A stretch of 36,433 nt of DNA from a virus. Taxonomy: Duplodnaviria; Heunggongvirae; Uroviricota; Caudoviricetes. Both the position numbers and the translations under genes were made by a program. Below, piece by piece: positions 15,121-24,373 of the stretch (position 1 is its first letter; each line of letters begins with the position of its first letter). The stretch lies in the IMG/VR virus record IMGVR_UViG_3300033075_001761; one strand, given 5' to 3'. The notes beneath the pieces were generated by a model. That model searched no databases. It was not told the origin of the DNA and saw only the letters and a program-made list of their open reading frames with translations.

Positions 15121-17754
15121 ATGGCTATTACACTTGGCCTTGGCGTTGTTTTCGAGTCCATGGATAAAGGACTCGAAAAAGACCTAACGAATATCAATAA
15201 AAAGCTTAAAGAAGCAAAACAAAATATTGACGAGTTTACAAAGGCTCAGAACGAAAATTCTGATAAACAGTCTAAAAGCGCCAAAGATTTTAAAAGGGTT
15301 TCTGACGGAATTGAATCAAGTCAAGAAGCAATTGATTCCTACACAAAATCAGTTTCAGAAAATACAGAAGCACTTGAAGACCATTCTGGCGAAATAGATA
15401 AGCTTATTAAAAAGACTGGAGCTTTAGGAAAAGAGCAGGAAGAGACAAGTAAAAAATCAAAGTCTCTTGGAGATTCTGTAAGAAGCTTTGGAAGTAGCTT
15501 TTCTTCTGCTAGCAATAACGTAAATAAGTTCTTAACAGGGACTATTGTAAATACATTTAAAGATATTAGGACACTAACTTCTGGAGATACAGGATTTTCA
15601 ACTCTAGCCAAAGATATGGACTCTTTGTCTACGAAGATGGGTCGAGTTTTTGATTTAAAAACTGTCTCTAAATTTAATGCACAAGTTAAAAGCGGAATGC
15701 TTGATTTTGGCGTGACTGTTGAGCAATCGTCAAAAATGGCCAGCGCATACTCACAATTTGGCCTAAGCTCTAATCAACTCTTAGGATCAATGCCAAAGAT
15801 TTCAAAGCTTGTTGGAGGATTGGGATTAGACGCCGAAAAAACTGCTGAGTATTTTGGAAAAAGCGCAGCCATGTTTGGATCATCGGCAGATGAAAGTATG
15901 TCTTTGGTTGAGAATATAAATCAGCTTGGAACTTCTTTTGGGTTTTTAGACATGGCCGAAAAAGTTCCAGACATGTTTGAGCAGGCTACAGAAAACGCCA
16001 TGAGGTTTGGCGTTACAAGCAAAAAAGCCATAGATAAGTCTACAATGAGCATTGCTAAGCAGGCGGCAGCATTTCACTCAATGGGATTGTCTAGCAGCAA
16101 AGCTATGCAAGCCGCTGTAGATGTTTCTTCAAAAGCAGCAGATTTAAGAGAAGACTTTGAGAGAATGACGCTTGGCCTTGGTGGCGGAGAAAAGGCCATG
16201 CAATTTGTTGGTCAATTAACGCATGCAACAGGAATAGACCAAAATACAATCTTAGAAGAAATGAAAAAAGGAGCTACGGATTCAGAAGCGTTTGCTAAGT
16301 TTTTAGGAAATGCAGTAGATAGAGCTGGAGCCGACGGAAGCCCAGAGGCATTGCAAGCACAACAAAGACTTTTGTATCAAATAAAAGATATGACAAGCGT
16401 AGAAACAATGGCGGCAATATCTGCATATAGAGAAAAGATTAAGGCAAAAGAAGCTGAGGCAGCTACTTCAGGAGCTTATGGGTTATCTGCAAGAAATCTT
16501 ATAAGCAAACAGGTTGGTGCCCAAATAGGTACTCTTCAAAAGAGTGAAGATAGAGTTAAGGCCGGAGAAGCTATTGTAGCAGCAACATCTGAGCTTGGTT
16601 CAAAAAAAGATGTTGTTGCTATGGCTAATGCGAAGGTTGCTGCACAGGCTAAAAATGCTGCTATGCTAGCTGGAGATAGTCTTCAGGCAGAGACAATGAG
16701 AACGGCTGTATTAGTTAAAAACTTTGGAGCCGCTACAACGATTGCGTATAAAACATTTGGAGTCAAAGCAGCCGAAGCTTCGTTTGCGGTTGGAGAATTT
16801 GCCGGAAATGTTGTTCGGGCTCAGCCAATATTTGAACAGGCAGGCATTGGGCTTTCTCTTATGACTTCAGCCATTGGAACTGTGATTGATGGATTTGCTT
16901 GGTTAGTAGATTCTATTGGAGGCGTTGGGTCTGTTTTTAAAAAAATGTTTGGCGGCGGAGATGGCGGAATTCTTGGCGGTGGATTTGAAGCTATTCTTGG
17001 AGGCGGAGCGGCTGGAGGCGGAAAAGGATTAATGGATTTTCTGATTCCTAAAATTTTACCCTTATTAGGTCCTGTGGCCGCAGCAATCGGAGGATTGTTA
17101 TTTGGCGGATTGGCAGTCCCAGCTTTTATTGACTACTTGGCTGGAGATAAAAATTCAGATGGAACAAAAAGAACTTCTAGATTTACTGGAGAAAAAGTTT
17201 CTTGGTTGGAACAAAAATCAGAAGGGCTTGTTGACTGGTTTAGAGAATCTACTTTTGGTGGATTAAAAGAAAAGCAGATGACTTCTAAAGAAATGGATGC
17301 AAGACAAAAACAGCTAGAAAAAGAAACGGGAATGAAAGTTGTAGAAGTTAAAAAAACGCCTCTTGAGAAAGTCTTAGATGGAGGGAATCCTCTTTCGATT
17401 ATGTCCGAGGGTCTTAAAGTATCTGGAAAAGTTTTGTCAGAAAAAGGAACTGACATGTTAAAGTCAATGGCATCTCCTTTAGTTCCATATGCTACAGGAA
17501 CAATTAAAACAGATAAAAAACAATCCGGCGCTCCGGTTTCAGCAAGTGAGCCAAGTCAAACTTATTCTTCTATCGATACATCTGATTTAAGTTCAAAAAT
17601 GGATCAAATGATCAATGCCATTTCTACATTGGCGGCACAACAGATTAAAGTCGAGATCTTAGGTGACGTAAAGAAATTTCTAAGTGTTGCTATGGTTGAA
17701 TCCAGAAGGGCTGTTGCTACTTCTGATTCTGCGACAGCAATGAATCCAACATAA
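15121..17754 (+). CDS. Tape measure protein (877 aa)
   Basis: Follows the chaperone. It has an N-terminal coiled coil, an Ala/Gly/Ser-rich helical core and Gly-rich hydrophobic segments (GGGDGGILGGG...AAAIGGLLFGG). Confidence 0.88.
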   Translation: MAITLGLGVVFESMDKGLEKDLTNINKKLKEAKQNIDEFTKAQNENSDKQSKSAKDFKRVSDGIESSQEAIDSYTKSVSENTEALEDHSGEIDKLIKKTGALGKEQEETSKKSKSLGDSVRSFGSSFSSASNNVNKFLTGTIVNTFKDIRTLTSGDTGFSTLAKDMDSLSTKMGRVFDLKTVSKFNAQVKSGMLDFGVTVEQSSKMASAYSQFGLSSNQLLGSMPKISKLVGGLGLDAEKTAEYFGKSAAMFGSSADESMSLVENINQLGTSFGFLDMAEKVPDMFEQATENAMRFGVTSKKAIDKSTMSIAKQAAAFHSMGLSSSKAMQAAVDVSSKAADLREDFERMTLGLGGGEKAMQFVGQLTHATGIDQNTILEEMKKGATDSEAFAKFLGNAVDRAGADGSPEALQAQQRLLYQIKDMTSVETMAAISAYREKIKAKEAEAATSGAYGLSARNLISKQVGAQIGTLQKSEDRVKAGEAIVAATSELGSKKDVVAMANAKVAAQAKNAAMLAGDSLQAETMRTAVLVKNFGAATTIAYKTFGVKAAEASFAVGEFAGNVVRAQPIFEQAGIGLSLMTSAIGTVIDGFAWLVDSIGGVGSVFKKMFGGGDGGILGGGFEAILGGGAAGGGKGLMDFLIPKILPLLGPVAAAIGGLLFGGLAVPAFIDYLAGDKNSDGTKRTSRFTGEKVSWLEQKSEGLVDWFRESTFGGLKEKQMTSKEMDARQKQLEKETGMKVVEVKKTPLEKVLDGGNPLSIMSEGLKVSGKVLSEKGTDMLKSMASPLVPYATGTIKTDKKQSGAPVSASEPSQTYSSIDTSDLSSKMDQMINAISTLAAQQIKVEILGDVKKFLSVAMVESRRAVATSDSATAMNPT

Positions 17755-17764
17755 GGAGTTTCTT

Positions 17765-18097
17765 ATGGCTGATTTTGCTTTAAAAAAGAGTTCTTATTTG
17801 AATTATTGTGATTTTATAGAATCTCAAGGCTTTTTCTTTTTTGATACACCTTATTTTATTTTGCCAGAGGTTTCTGACGGCGATGTTTTTTTAACAATCG
17901 ACTCTAGTTATGTTGGAAGGCTTGATTTGATTTCGTATGATTATTACGGAGATCCTGAGCTTTGGTGGGTTATCGCCTTGGCTAATGGGCTTGACGATAT
18001 TCCAAACGATGTATCATTGAATCTTAAAATAAGAATTCCAGATCCATCAAAAGTCAGTGATTATTTGGAGAGTTATAAAAATGTCCCTTCAGTTTAG
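17765..18097 (+). CDS. Baseplate wedge protein, gp53/LysM (tail X)-like
   Basis: GRLDLISYDYYGDPELWWVIALANGL...LKIRIP. Confidence 0.88.
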   Translation: MADFALKKSSYLNYCDFIESQGFFFFDTPYFILPEVSDGDVFLTIDSSYVGRLDLISYDYYGDPELWWVIALANGLDDIPNDVSLNLKIRIPDPSKVSDYLESYKNVPSV

Positions 18098-19382
18098 AAA
18101 TTCATTTGCAAGGGTGGCTATTTGGAGGGGTTCAGAGAGATTCTCTGCGGAAAATCCTGGACCATATGGAACCGAGTTTTTTAACAGCATTACATCTGTT
18201 TCGTCTTCGTCAGAATACGCTAGACAGGGTGACATTAGTGTTGTTATTGAGCCAACAATTTATGATGGAATTAAAATTTTAAAATCTGGCTCTCTAGGTG
18301 CGGGAACTGGGTTTGGAATTAATAATGTATCTACAAATTCGGATGATAAAACGTCTTCAAAAGTTATATCTCAATCTCTTATGCTAGAAGTTTCTTTTTT
18401 GTACCCTGGAGAAACTTTGTCAGATGGATCTCCCGCTGAGACTACTAAATATTATGGTACTGTTTATCAACCAACTTTTAACTTAAGTTCATCATCAATC
18501 TCTATTGAGTTAAATGCGCTTGGTGCGTCTGCTTTTTTGGCTCAGTTAAAAAAACAAATATCAGTAAAATCAGATGCGCTTTCTGCTGTAAAAAAAATAG
18601 CTTCTGATAATGGTGTTGAGATATCTGTTTCAGACAAAGCAAAAGAATCTTTGAATAATACTAAAGTTGAATTTAATGAAAATTGTTTTCCAAATGACGC
18701 AATAAAAAAAATAATAACTCAGTATTTATCTACAATAGTTACATTTAGAGATGATTATGACTTGTCTAATGGTAATAAAAGGACTGTTTTCTTGTCTACA
18801 GAAGAAGAAGATCGGGCAAAAAAGCCTAAATATGAGTTCGTACTTTACAGAGAAATGGATACTTCAAAGAATATTATTCCTATGTACAGCTATTCATACA
18901 ACGGATATGAACTTTTTTTAAATGGAAATGCGTTTGGAATTGGATACAAAGGATATGACAGAGATTCTAAAAAAGAATCCGAATCTGACAATGTTATAAT
19001 TGAAGAAAAATCAAAAATAAATCCTTCAGAAAAATCTGGTACATCAGCAACATTTTCTGTATATAAAGACAATAAGAATTCAAATAAACCTGATGCAATG
19101 AATGCGGCTGACGGTCGAAAGAGTGGGTATATAAAAGTATCTTTTGATATTCCAGGAATTCCTAATGTATATCCTGGAGACAACATATCTATTAATATTC
19201 TTGATAGAGTTCCTGCTTTGTCTGGGCTTTTTCGCGTACAAAAAGTTGCTCATAAATGGGACGGTTCTTGGATTTCTACAATAAATGCTCAAAATATTAC
19301 TTTTTCAGATGAGCCTTTACAGGCAAAAGTCGATCCTCCAAAGGGAGCTAATAGTTCAAAATCAAAAAAGGTTAACGGATGA
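18081..19382 (+). CDS. Baseplate hub protein (T4 gp27/Mu gp44/P2 D-like)
   Basis: Start revised to the ATG at 18081 (GGAG at 18067-18070). C-terminal IPGIPNVYPGDNI...LSGLFRVQKVAHKW is typical of hub proteins. Position between gp53 and gp5 fits. Confidence 0.75.
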   Translation: MSLQFRNSFARVAIWRGSERFSAENPGPYGTEFFNSITSVSSSSEYARQGDISVVIEPTIYDGIKILKSGSLGAGTGFGINNVSTNSDDKTSSKVISQSLMLEVSFLYPGETLSDGSPAETTKYYGTVYQPTFNLSSSSISIELNALGASAFLAQLKKQISVKSDALSAVKKIASDNGVEISVSDKAKESLNNTKVEFNENCFPNDAIKKIITQYLSTIVTFRDDYDLSNGNKRTVFLSTEEEDRAKKPKYEFVLYREMDTSKNIIPMYSYSYNGYELFLNGNAFGIGYKGYDRDSKKESESDNVIIEEKSKINPSEKSGTSATFSVYKDNKNSNKPDAMNAADGRKSGYIKVSFDIPGIPNVYPGDNISINILDRVPALSGLFRVQKVAHKWDGSWISTINAQNITFSDEPLQAKVDPPKGANSSKSKKVNG

Positions 19383-20380
19383 TGGACCCTCAACTTCTTA
19401 TTAATTTTATAGATAATCTTAAAAAGTATGGAATAGAGCATGTCTTGGGGAGATATTATGGGTTTTACAGAGGGCTTGTTGTAAGCAACACAGATGAAGA
19501 TGGCCGAGGAAGAATTGAAGTTAAAATACCTTTTATTACTGGAGATGAGCCTTTAGCCTCAAAAGCATACCCAAAAGACTTTAGGATTGCTGGAAAAGAT
19601 TCTGGTGAATTTTATCCACCAGATGTTGGTGATACCGTTTACGTAGAGTTTGAAAATGGAGACCTTAGATTTCCCGTATACTGTGGCGGATATCATGGAG
19701 ACGGAGAAACTCCAGAAGATTTTATCCACGAGGCAGATGAGCCTAAAATTCGTGGATTTAAAACAAAATATGGACACAAGATCTTGTATGATGAAAGAGG
19801 TGATAAGCAGAAGATCTCTATTTCAACTCCAAATCATAGCGTTGTGCTTGATGATACGTCCTCTAAGGAAGCAATTTACGTCCTTCATAAAAGTGGGTCT
19901 CAAGTTAATTTGGACAAAAATGGTTCAATTAATCTTTTGGCAAAGAACGGAACTTTTGTTGCATTAAACGCAAAGGATGGAGAGCTTACTCTAGTTAACG
20001 CTACTGGCGCTTTGGTGACAATAAAGGATGGAATTACGATTTCTGAGTCTGGTGGCAAAACTTTGGTTGTGATTAATAAAGACGGAATTCAGCTTACAAG
20101 TGATAAAAAGCTTGTGGCTCAATCTTCTAGCACAACGATTTCAAGCGGAGCTATTACTTTAGACGCAACGCCTAGCAAGATTGAACTTGGAAATGGAAAA
20201 CTTAAACTTCAAGGGCTCCCTGGAACAGAGCTTGTGGATTCTTTAATAAAAGTGATTGACGCTTTCCTGAACGCTCCCGTTGTAACGTCTACAGGGGTAG
20301 GTCCTTCCGGCCCATTCATGCCCGATATAATTTTGGCGCTTACAACTGTTAAAACTCTTCTAACTGTAATTAAGAGTTAA
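19379..20380 (+). CDS. Central spike protein, gp5/VgrG/gpV-like (OB-fold plus beta-helix, no lysozyme domain)
   Basis: YRGLVVSNTDEDGRGRIEVKIP...GEFYPPDVGDTVYVEFENGDLRFPVYCGG...FKTKYGHKILYD, followed by a beta-rich repeat. Confidence 0.92.
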   Translation: MMDPQLLINFIDNLKKYGIEHVLGRYYGFYRGLVVSNTDEDGRGRIEVKIPFITGDEPLASKAYPKDFRIAGKDSGEFYPPDVGDTVYVEFENGDLRFPVYCGGYHGDGETPEDFIHEADEPKIRGFKTKYGHKILYDERGDKQKISISTPNHSVVLDDTSSKEAIYVLHKSGSQVNLDKNGSINLLAKNGTFVALNAKDGELTLVNATGALVTIKDGITISESGGKTLVVINKDGIQLTSDKKLVAQSSSTTISSGAITLDATPSKIELGNGKLKLQGLPGTELVDSLIKVIDAFLNAPVVTSTGVGPSGPFMPDIILALTTVKTLLTVIKS

Positions 20381-20382
20381 AC

Positions 20383-20841
20383 ATGCCAACGCTTGTAACA
20401 ACAGTTACCGGAACGCAGGGGACTAAAGAAGTTTTTAAGAACGAATTTAGAACGCCTATACCTGCTTTAACAGTTCCCATACCTTCATTGCCTTCAGTTT
20501 CGTTGCCAACTTTACCATCTCTTCCATCTTTACCAGATGGCGTTAATATTACATTGCCTACATTTAGCTTGTCTGTACCAACGCCATCATTGCCATCGAT
20601 TTCTATTCCATCACTTCCTTCTCTTCCGGCATTGCCTGAATTTTCAATACCAGAAGGTGCTGGATTTATCCTTCCAGCACTTCCTTCCTTGCCAGTTCTT
20701 GCATTATCGATCCCAACGCCATCATTGCCATCGATTTCTATTCCGTCACTTCCTTCGTTGCCTATTCCTCCTATTCCTGATTTTCCTCAAATAGGGGGAG
20801 ATCCTACGGTTGTTTCTGTAACAACAAGAACTGAAGCATGA
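20383..20841 (+). CDS. Pro/Ser/Leu-repeat protein (PSLP repeats) following the spike gene
   Basis: Translationally coupled ORF containing many P-S/T-L/I-P units. Confidence 0.7.
   Translation: MPTLVTTVTGTQGTKEVFKNEFRTPIPALTVPIPSLPSVSLPTLPSLPSLPDGVNITLPTFSLSVPTPSLPSISIPSLPSLPALPEFSIPEGAGFILPALPSLPVLALSIPTPSLPSISIPSLPSLPIPPIPDFPQIGGDPTVVSVTTRTEA
20578..20756 (+). repeat. 44-bp direct repeat pair (20578-20621 and 20713-20756, 1 mismatch)
   Basis: ccaacgccatcattgccatcgatttctattcc(a/g)tcacttccttc occurs twice, 135 bp apart and in frame. Confidence 0.95.
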
Positions 20842-20857
20842 TTTTAAGGAGAAACAC

Positions 20858-21403
20858 ATGGCAATAGCTCCATCAGGCACATGGGAATCCAGTTATGATG
20901 AAAAGCTTAAGGACTCTTTTAAAGTGGCCATTGACGCTGTAACAAGCCTTTTGGCTTCTCAGACATTTTGGCAGTCATGGTGTTTTTCAAACACAACTGG
21001 ATTTGCGTCTACAAATCCGTTGTTTGTAACATCTGCAACATTTAGCCAAGCGGCATTTAATCCATTGCCATTTGGTTCTGGAGTTCCTTCTACAATGTTG
21101 GCAACAGCTTGGAAGAACTATATGGCAGCGGCAGTTTGGGGAATACCTCCTCCAGCGCCTCCTTTTTCTATTATACAATCGGCAGCAACCGATCCGGCTT
21201 CTTTGTCTTCTGCACATGGAATTTTGACTGCGGCATTGGCGGCAGAGTTTTTGTTATTGCCCGCTCCAGATGCATTTGCGGCAAAGACGGCAGCTATTGC
21301 TGGATTTTTTAGAACGGCAACATTAAGCACAAGTATTTTACTAAGTGGATTGAGCACTGGCGGTCCTCCCGCTCCAATTACATTGGTTGTTCCTGCTGGT
21401 TAG
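20858..21403 (+). CDS. Ala/Pro-rich hypothetical virion protein (spike-associated position)
   Basis: AAGGAG RBS, located between the spike and gp25 genes. No PAAR motif seen. Confidence 0.7.
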   Translation: MAIAPSGTWESSYDEKLKDSFKVAIDAVTSLLASQTFWQSWCFSNTTGFASTNPLFVTSATFSQAAFNPLPFGSGVPSTMLATAWKNYMAAAVWGIPPPAPPFSIIQSAATDPASLSSAHGILTAALAAEFLLLPAPDAFAAKTAAIAGFFRTATLSTSILLSGLSTGGPPAPITLVVPAG

Positions 21404-21481
21404 GTTTTGACCTAGACTCTTTTTAATAAACAAAATTTAGTCCATAATTGCGTTACATATTTTTTACGCAAGGCGGAGCAA

Positions 21482-21847
21482 TTGGATACGGTTATAGGAA
21501 TTAGTTATCCATTTAGAAAAGAGAATGGCCAATTTCCCGCCATGGAAGAGAATGTTGACGCCGTAAAATCTGACCTTTTAGGATTATTTAGGACACCTAT
21601 GAGATCAAGAGTCATGCGGCCAACTTATGGAACTATTGTAGATTCTCTTGTGTTTGAAAACACTGGACCAATTCTTGAAGCCAGAATTGAACGAAGTGTA
21701 AAACAAGCTATTTCCATCCATGAGCCAAGAGTTAAGGTCAATGCATTTGAAATCGATACGCAAAGAAATTTAGTTGTTGTTGACGTACAATATAGCGTTC
21801 AAGGAATTTCTGATAACGTACAAATTGAATTAGAATCGGCTGGATAA
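21482..21847 (+). CDS. Baseplate wedge protein gp25/W-like
   Basis: TTG start with GGAG RBS. GISYPF...VKSDL..LFRT..RSRVMRPTYG...IERSVKQAISIHEPRVKV. Confidence 0.92.
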   Translation: MDTVIGISYPFRKENGQFPAMEENVDAVKSDLLGLFRTPMRSRVMRPTYGTIVDSLVFENTGPILEARIERSVKQAISIHEPRVKVNAFEIDTQRNLVVVDVQYSVQGISDNVQIELESAG

Positions 21848-21869
21848 AAGTCCAATCGGTTAGACTTTT
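21846..21869. promoter_or_regulatory. Palindromic motif copy 3 (AAAAGTC CAATCGGTTA GACTTTT)
   Basis: Intergenic, between gp25 and baseplate J, ending at the GAGG RBS. Confidence 0.7.
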
Positions 21870-21884
21870 GAGGATTGAAACAAA

Positions 21885-23918
21885 ATGGCAGTAGAAGATC
21901 TGAATAAAGTCTCTTATACAGACCAGGATTGGCAAACAGCCATTGATGGTATTCAGGGGTTTTTGCAAACAAATTATGCCGATACATATAATGATTATGT
22001 CGCCGGGAACATGGGCCAAGCTCTTATAGATATCCTTGGGTATGCAGTTCAAAATTTGAATTGGTTGCTCAATAGGAAAGTTACAGATCTTTATTTCCCT
22101 ACTGCCGTAACTCCTAATGCTGTTTCCAAGATTTCAAGAATGCTTGGATACAAACCAAAAGGAGCTACAGGTTCCATTGTTAGCCTTACAGTTACATTGC
22201 CTTCTGGGCCTTATTTGTTTCCAGTTTCTATTACAAAAGGGTTTCAATTCCAGGGACCGCAAGGATTGATATTTGAGTATAGGCAGACAACTCCAGTGAC
22301 TTATAATCCTGGAGACACTGTAAAAACATTTGAAGTTCGTGAAGGCGAAAGTAAAACATTAAATTTTGTGTCTGACGGAACTACAAATCAGATTTTTAAG
22401 ATTTTGAACATTGGAACAGACAAGTATGTTGAGCAAGGAACTGTTGAAGTAAGGGTAAATGGAGAACTTTGGACTGAATATGACATCATTCCTTTTTCAA
22501 CGACAAACTCTTATGAAACAAACCTTTTGGCATCAGTTCCATTTGTTAAGTTTGGAGACTCGGTTCAGGGCAATGTTCCTGCTGCCGGAGCCGCCATTGA
22601 AGTAAAATATATTGTTGTGAGTGGATTTAGAGGAAGGATTGTAACCGAATCGATCAAGAAGGCTGTTAGACCTTTGGTATCGAATTTTACATCAATTCCG
22701 TTTTCTATTTCTCAGCCAGCGGCTTCTGCCGGAGGCGATGATCCTGAAGATCTTCGTTCGATTGTTGTAAACGCTCCAAAATTCCAAAGAACACAAGATC
22801 GGGCGATTACAAAAGGGGATTATGATTTCTTATCAAACCAATTCCCAAACGTAGCCAAAGGCGACGCTCAGTGTTTAAGAAGCGTAACTGGAGATATCTA
22901 TATAAATGGGCAGTATTCTGCTATTTATGACACTCTTAATCTGAATAATGAAATAGCATATTCGCTGTCTGGGTATGGAGATATTCCGGCAGAAGTCGTT
23001 ACAGCGTCAGGAGCAATGCTGTCTATCTCGGGAACAATGCCTGGATTTACAACTGTTCAGAACAATGTGACTTCTGTGATCAATGCCCAAACGACTTTAA
23101 TTACAACAAGAACATCTCAGTCGAATGCTCAATTAGCAACTCTGTTAAGCATTCCTTCAGCATCCGCTGTAGCCGTAACAGTAAGCGGATACATGCTTGA
23201 TATAAACTCTTACGTAACAGAAATCATTGGTGTGAACACAAGTGCCTCTGGATTTGGAGCCGTTTCTGGATATGTAAATTCTGTGTCTGGAGATCTTCTT
23301 CAGATCGACTCTGATTTAGTGAGTATTTCTGGGTTTGCTACAAACACTCAAGTTGCTGCAAACGCATCGTCTTATAGCCAAACAGTAAGCGGACATTTGG
23401 CTAATATTTATGACTATCTTGATTACCACTTCGCAGATGGTTGTAGAGGAAATTTGGTTCAGGTGTCTATTGTATCAAAGGATTCTAATAGAAAGTTTGT
23501 AGACCCAGCTCCTTCAACTTTAACATCTTTGAAGACATATTTGGATGAAAGAAAAGACGCTGTGCATACACTTTCGGTCATTTCAGGAACAGCTAGAGTT
23601 ATTGATGCAAATGTATTGATTGAACTAAAGCTTACAGATGCGGCAGACCCAGAAGACGTTGTTGGACGTGTTTCTGATGTGATTCAGAAATCTGACGTTG
23701 AGCCTTTAGGAATCTTGGTTGAGAGGGAATACAACGACTCTCTATATTTGTCTGAGATCTATGATGCAATCGACTCTGTTGTAGAGTCTTTTGAAATCGT
23801 AAATACAAATGTAATTATACAAGGGCCTGTTCAATATTTAGACTCTCGTGGAAATCTTATATGCCCAGATGGGTATGTAATTCAGACCGGAACAATTACC
23901 ATTACGCTTTTGGATTAA
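21885..23918 (+). CDS. Baseplate J/T4 gp6-like wedge protein with a large internal helical insertion
   Basis: GQALIDILGYAVQNL...LYFPTA...SRMLGYKP, SDGTTNQIF, VKFGDSVQG..P, GGDDPEDLRSI...RAITKGDY. An ~180-aa xSG-repeat insertion precedes the C-terminal domain. Confidence 0.9.
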   Translation: MAVEDLNKVSYTDQDWQTAIDGIQGFLQTNYADTYNDYVAGNMGQALIDILGYAVQNLNWLLNRKVTDLYFPTAVTPNAVSKISRMLGYKPKGATGSIVSLTVTLPSGPYLFPVSITKGFQFQGPQGLIFEYRQTTPVTYNPGDTVKTFEVREGESKTLNFVSDGTTNQIFKILNIGTDKYVEQGTVEVRVNGELWTEYDIIPFSTTNSYETNLLASVPFVKFGDSVQGNVPAAGAAIEVKYIVVSGFRGRIVTESIKKAVRPLVSNFTSIPFSISQPAASAGGDDPEDLRSIVVNAPKFQRTQDRAITKGDYDFLSNQFPNVAKGDAQCLRSVTGDIYINGQYSAIYDTLNLNNEIAYSLSGYGDIPAEVVTASGAMLSISGTMPGFTTVQNNVTSVINAQTTLITTRTSQSNAQLATLLSIPSASAVAVTVSGYMLDINSYVTEIIGVNTSASGFGAVSGYVNSVSGDLLQIDSDLVSISGFATNTQVAANASSYSQTVSGHLANIYDYLDYHFADGCRGNLVQVSIVSKDSNRKFVDPAPSTLTSLKTYLDERKDAVHTLSVISGTARVIDANVLIELKLTDAADPEDVVGRVSDVIQKSDVEPLGILVEREYNDSLYLSEIYDAIDSVVESFEIVNTNVIIQGPVQYLDSRGNLICPDGYVIQTGTITITLLD

Positions 23919-23929
23919 GGGAAAATTAA

Positions 23930-24373
23930 ATGTCGAATTTAACAGATTTTGAAAACATTCCTTGGCCAGAAGAGGATGCCGATCCTTTTTTTGATGATTT
24001 TGAAGCTATGATTCAAAGGATTGACATACTTACGCACCACTTAAAGCTGGCGAAAAACTTTTTTGTTGTGGGCGGAGGTACTGTTGCATGGAACTCTGGA
24101 ACTGGAGTTTTGTCTTGGACAGCCGATTTTTCTATTCCAATTCTGCATTATGGGTACTCTTTAAAAATCCAATATGGCCCAGACAATACCAATAGAGTTG
24201 CAGCGATCCCTGATGGGTCTTGTTTGGTTGTGGATATTCCTTCTGCTTTGCAAGCAGACCAAACCGTAAATGCCGTTGTAACAACGCAATTAACGCCACT
24301 TAGCGATACGCAGTTTGTTATCGGATATAGGTATGGAACAAGTCTATATCTTAGAAACTTAGGTACGTACTAA
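23930..24373 (+). CDS. Hypothetical baseplate/fibre-associated protein (147 aa)
   Basis: Beta-rich ORF between the J-like and I-like genes. Confidence 0.6.
   Translation: MSNLTDFENIPWPEEDADPFFDDFEAMIQRIDILTHHLKLAKNFFVVGGGTVAWNSGTGVLSWTADFSIPILHYGYSLKIQYGPDNTNRVAAIPDGSCLVVDIPSALQADQTVNAVVTTQLTPLSDTQFVIGYRYGTSLYLRNLGTY

Noticed and set aside
21401-21425. TAGGT-TTTG-ACCTA hairpin followed by a T-run as a terminator
   Set aside because: The stem is only ~5 bp and is separated from the T-run, which is too weak to call.
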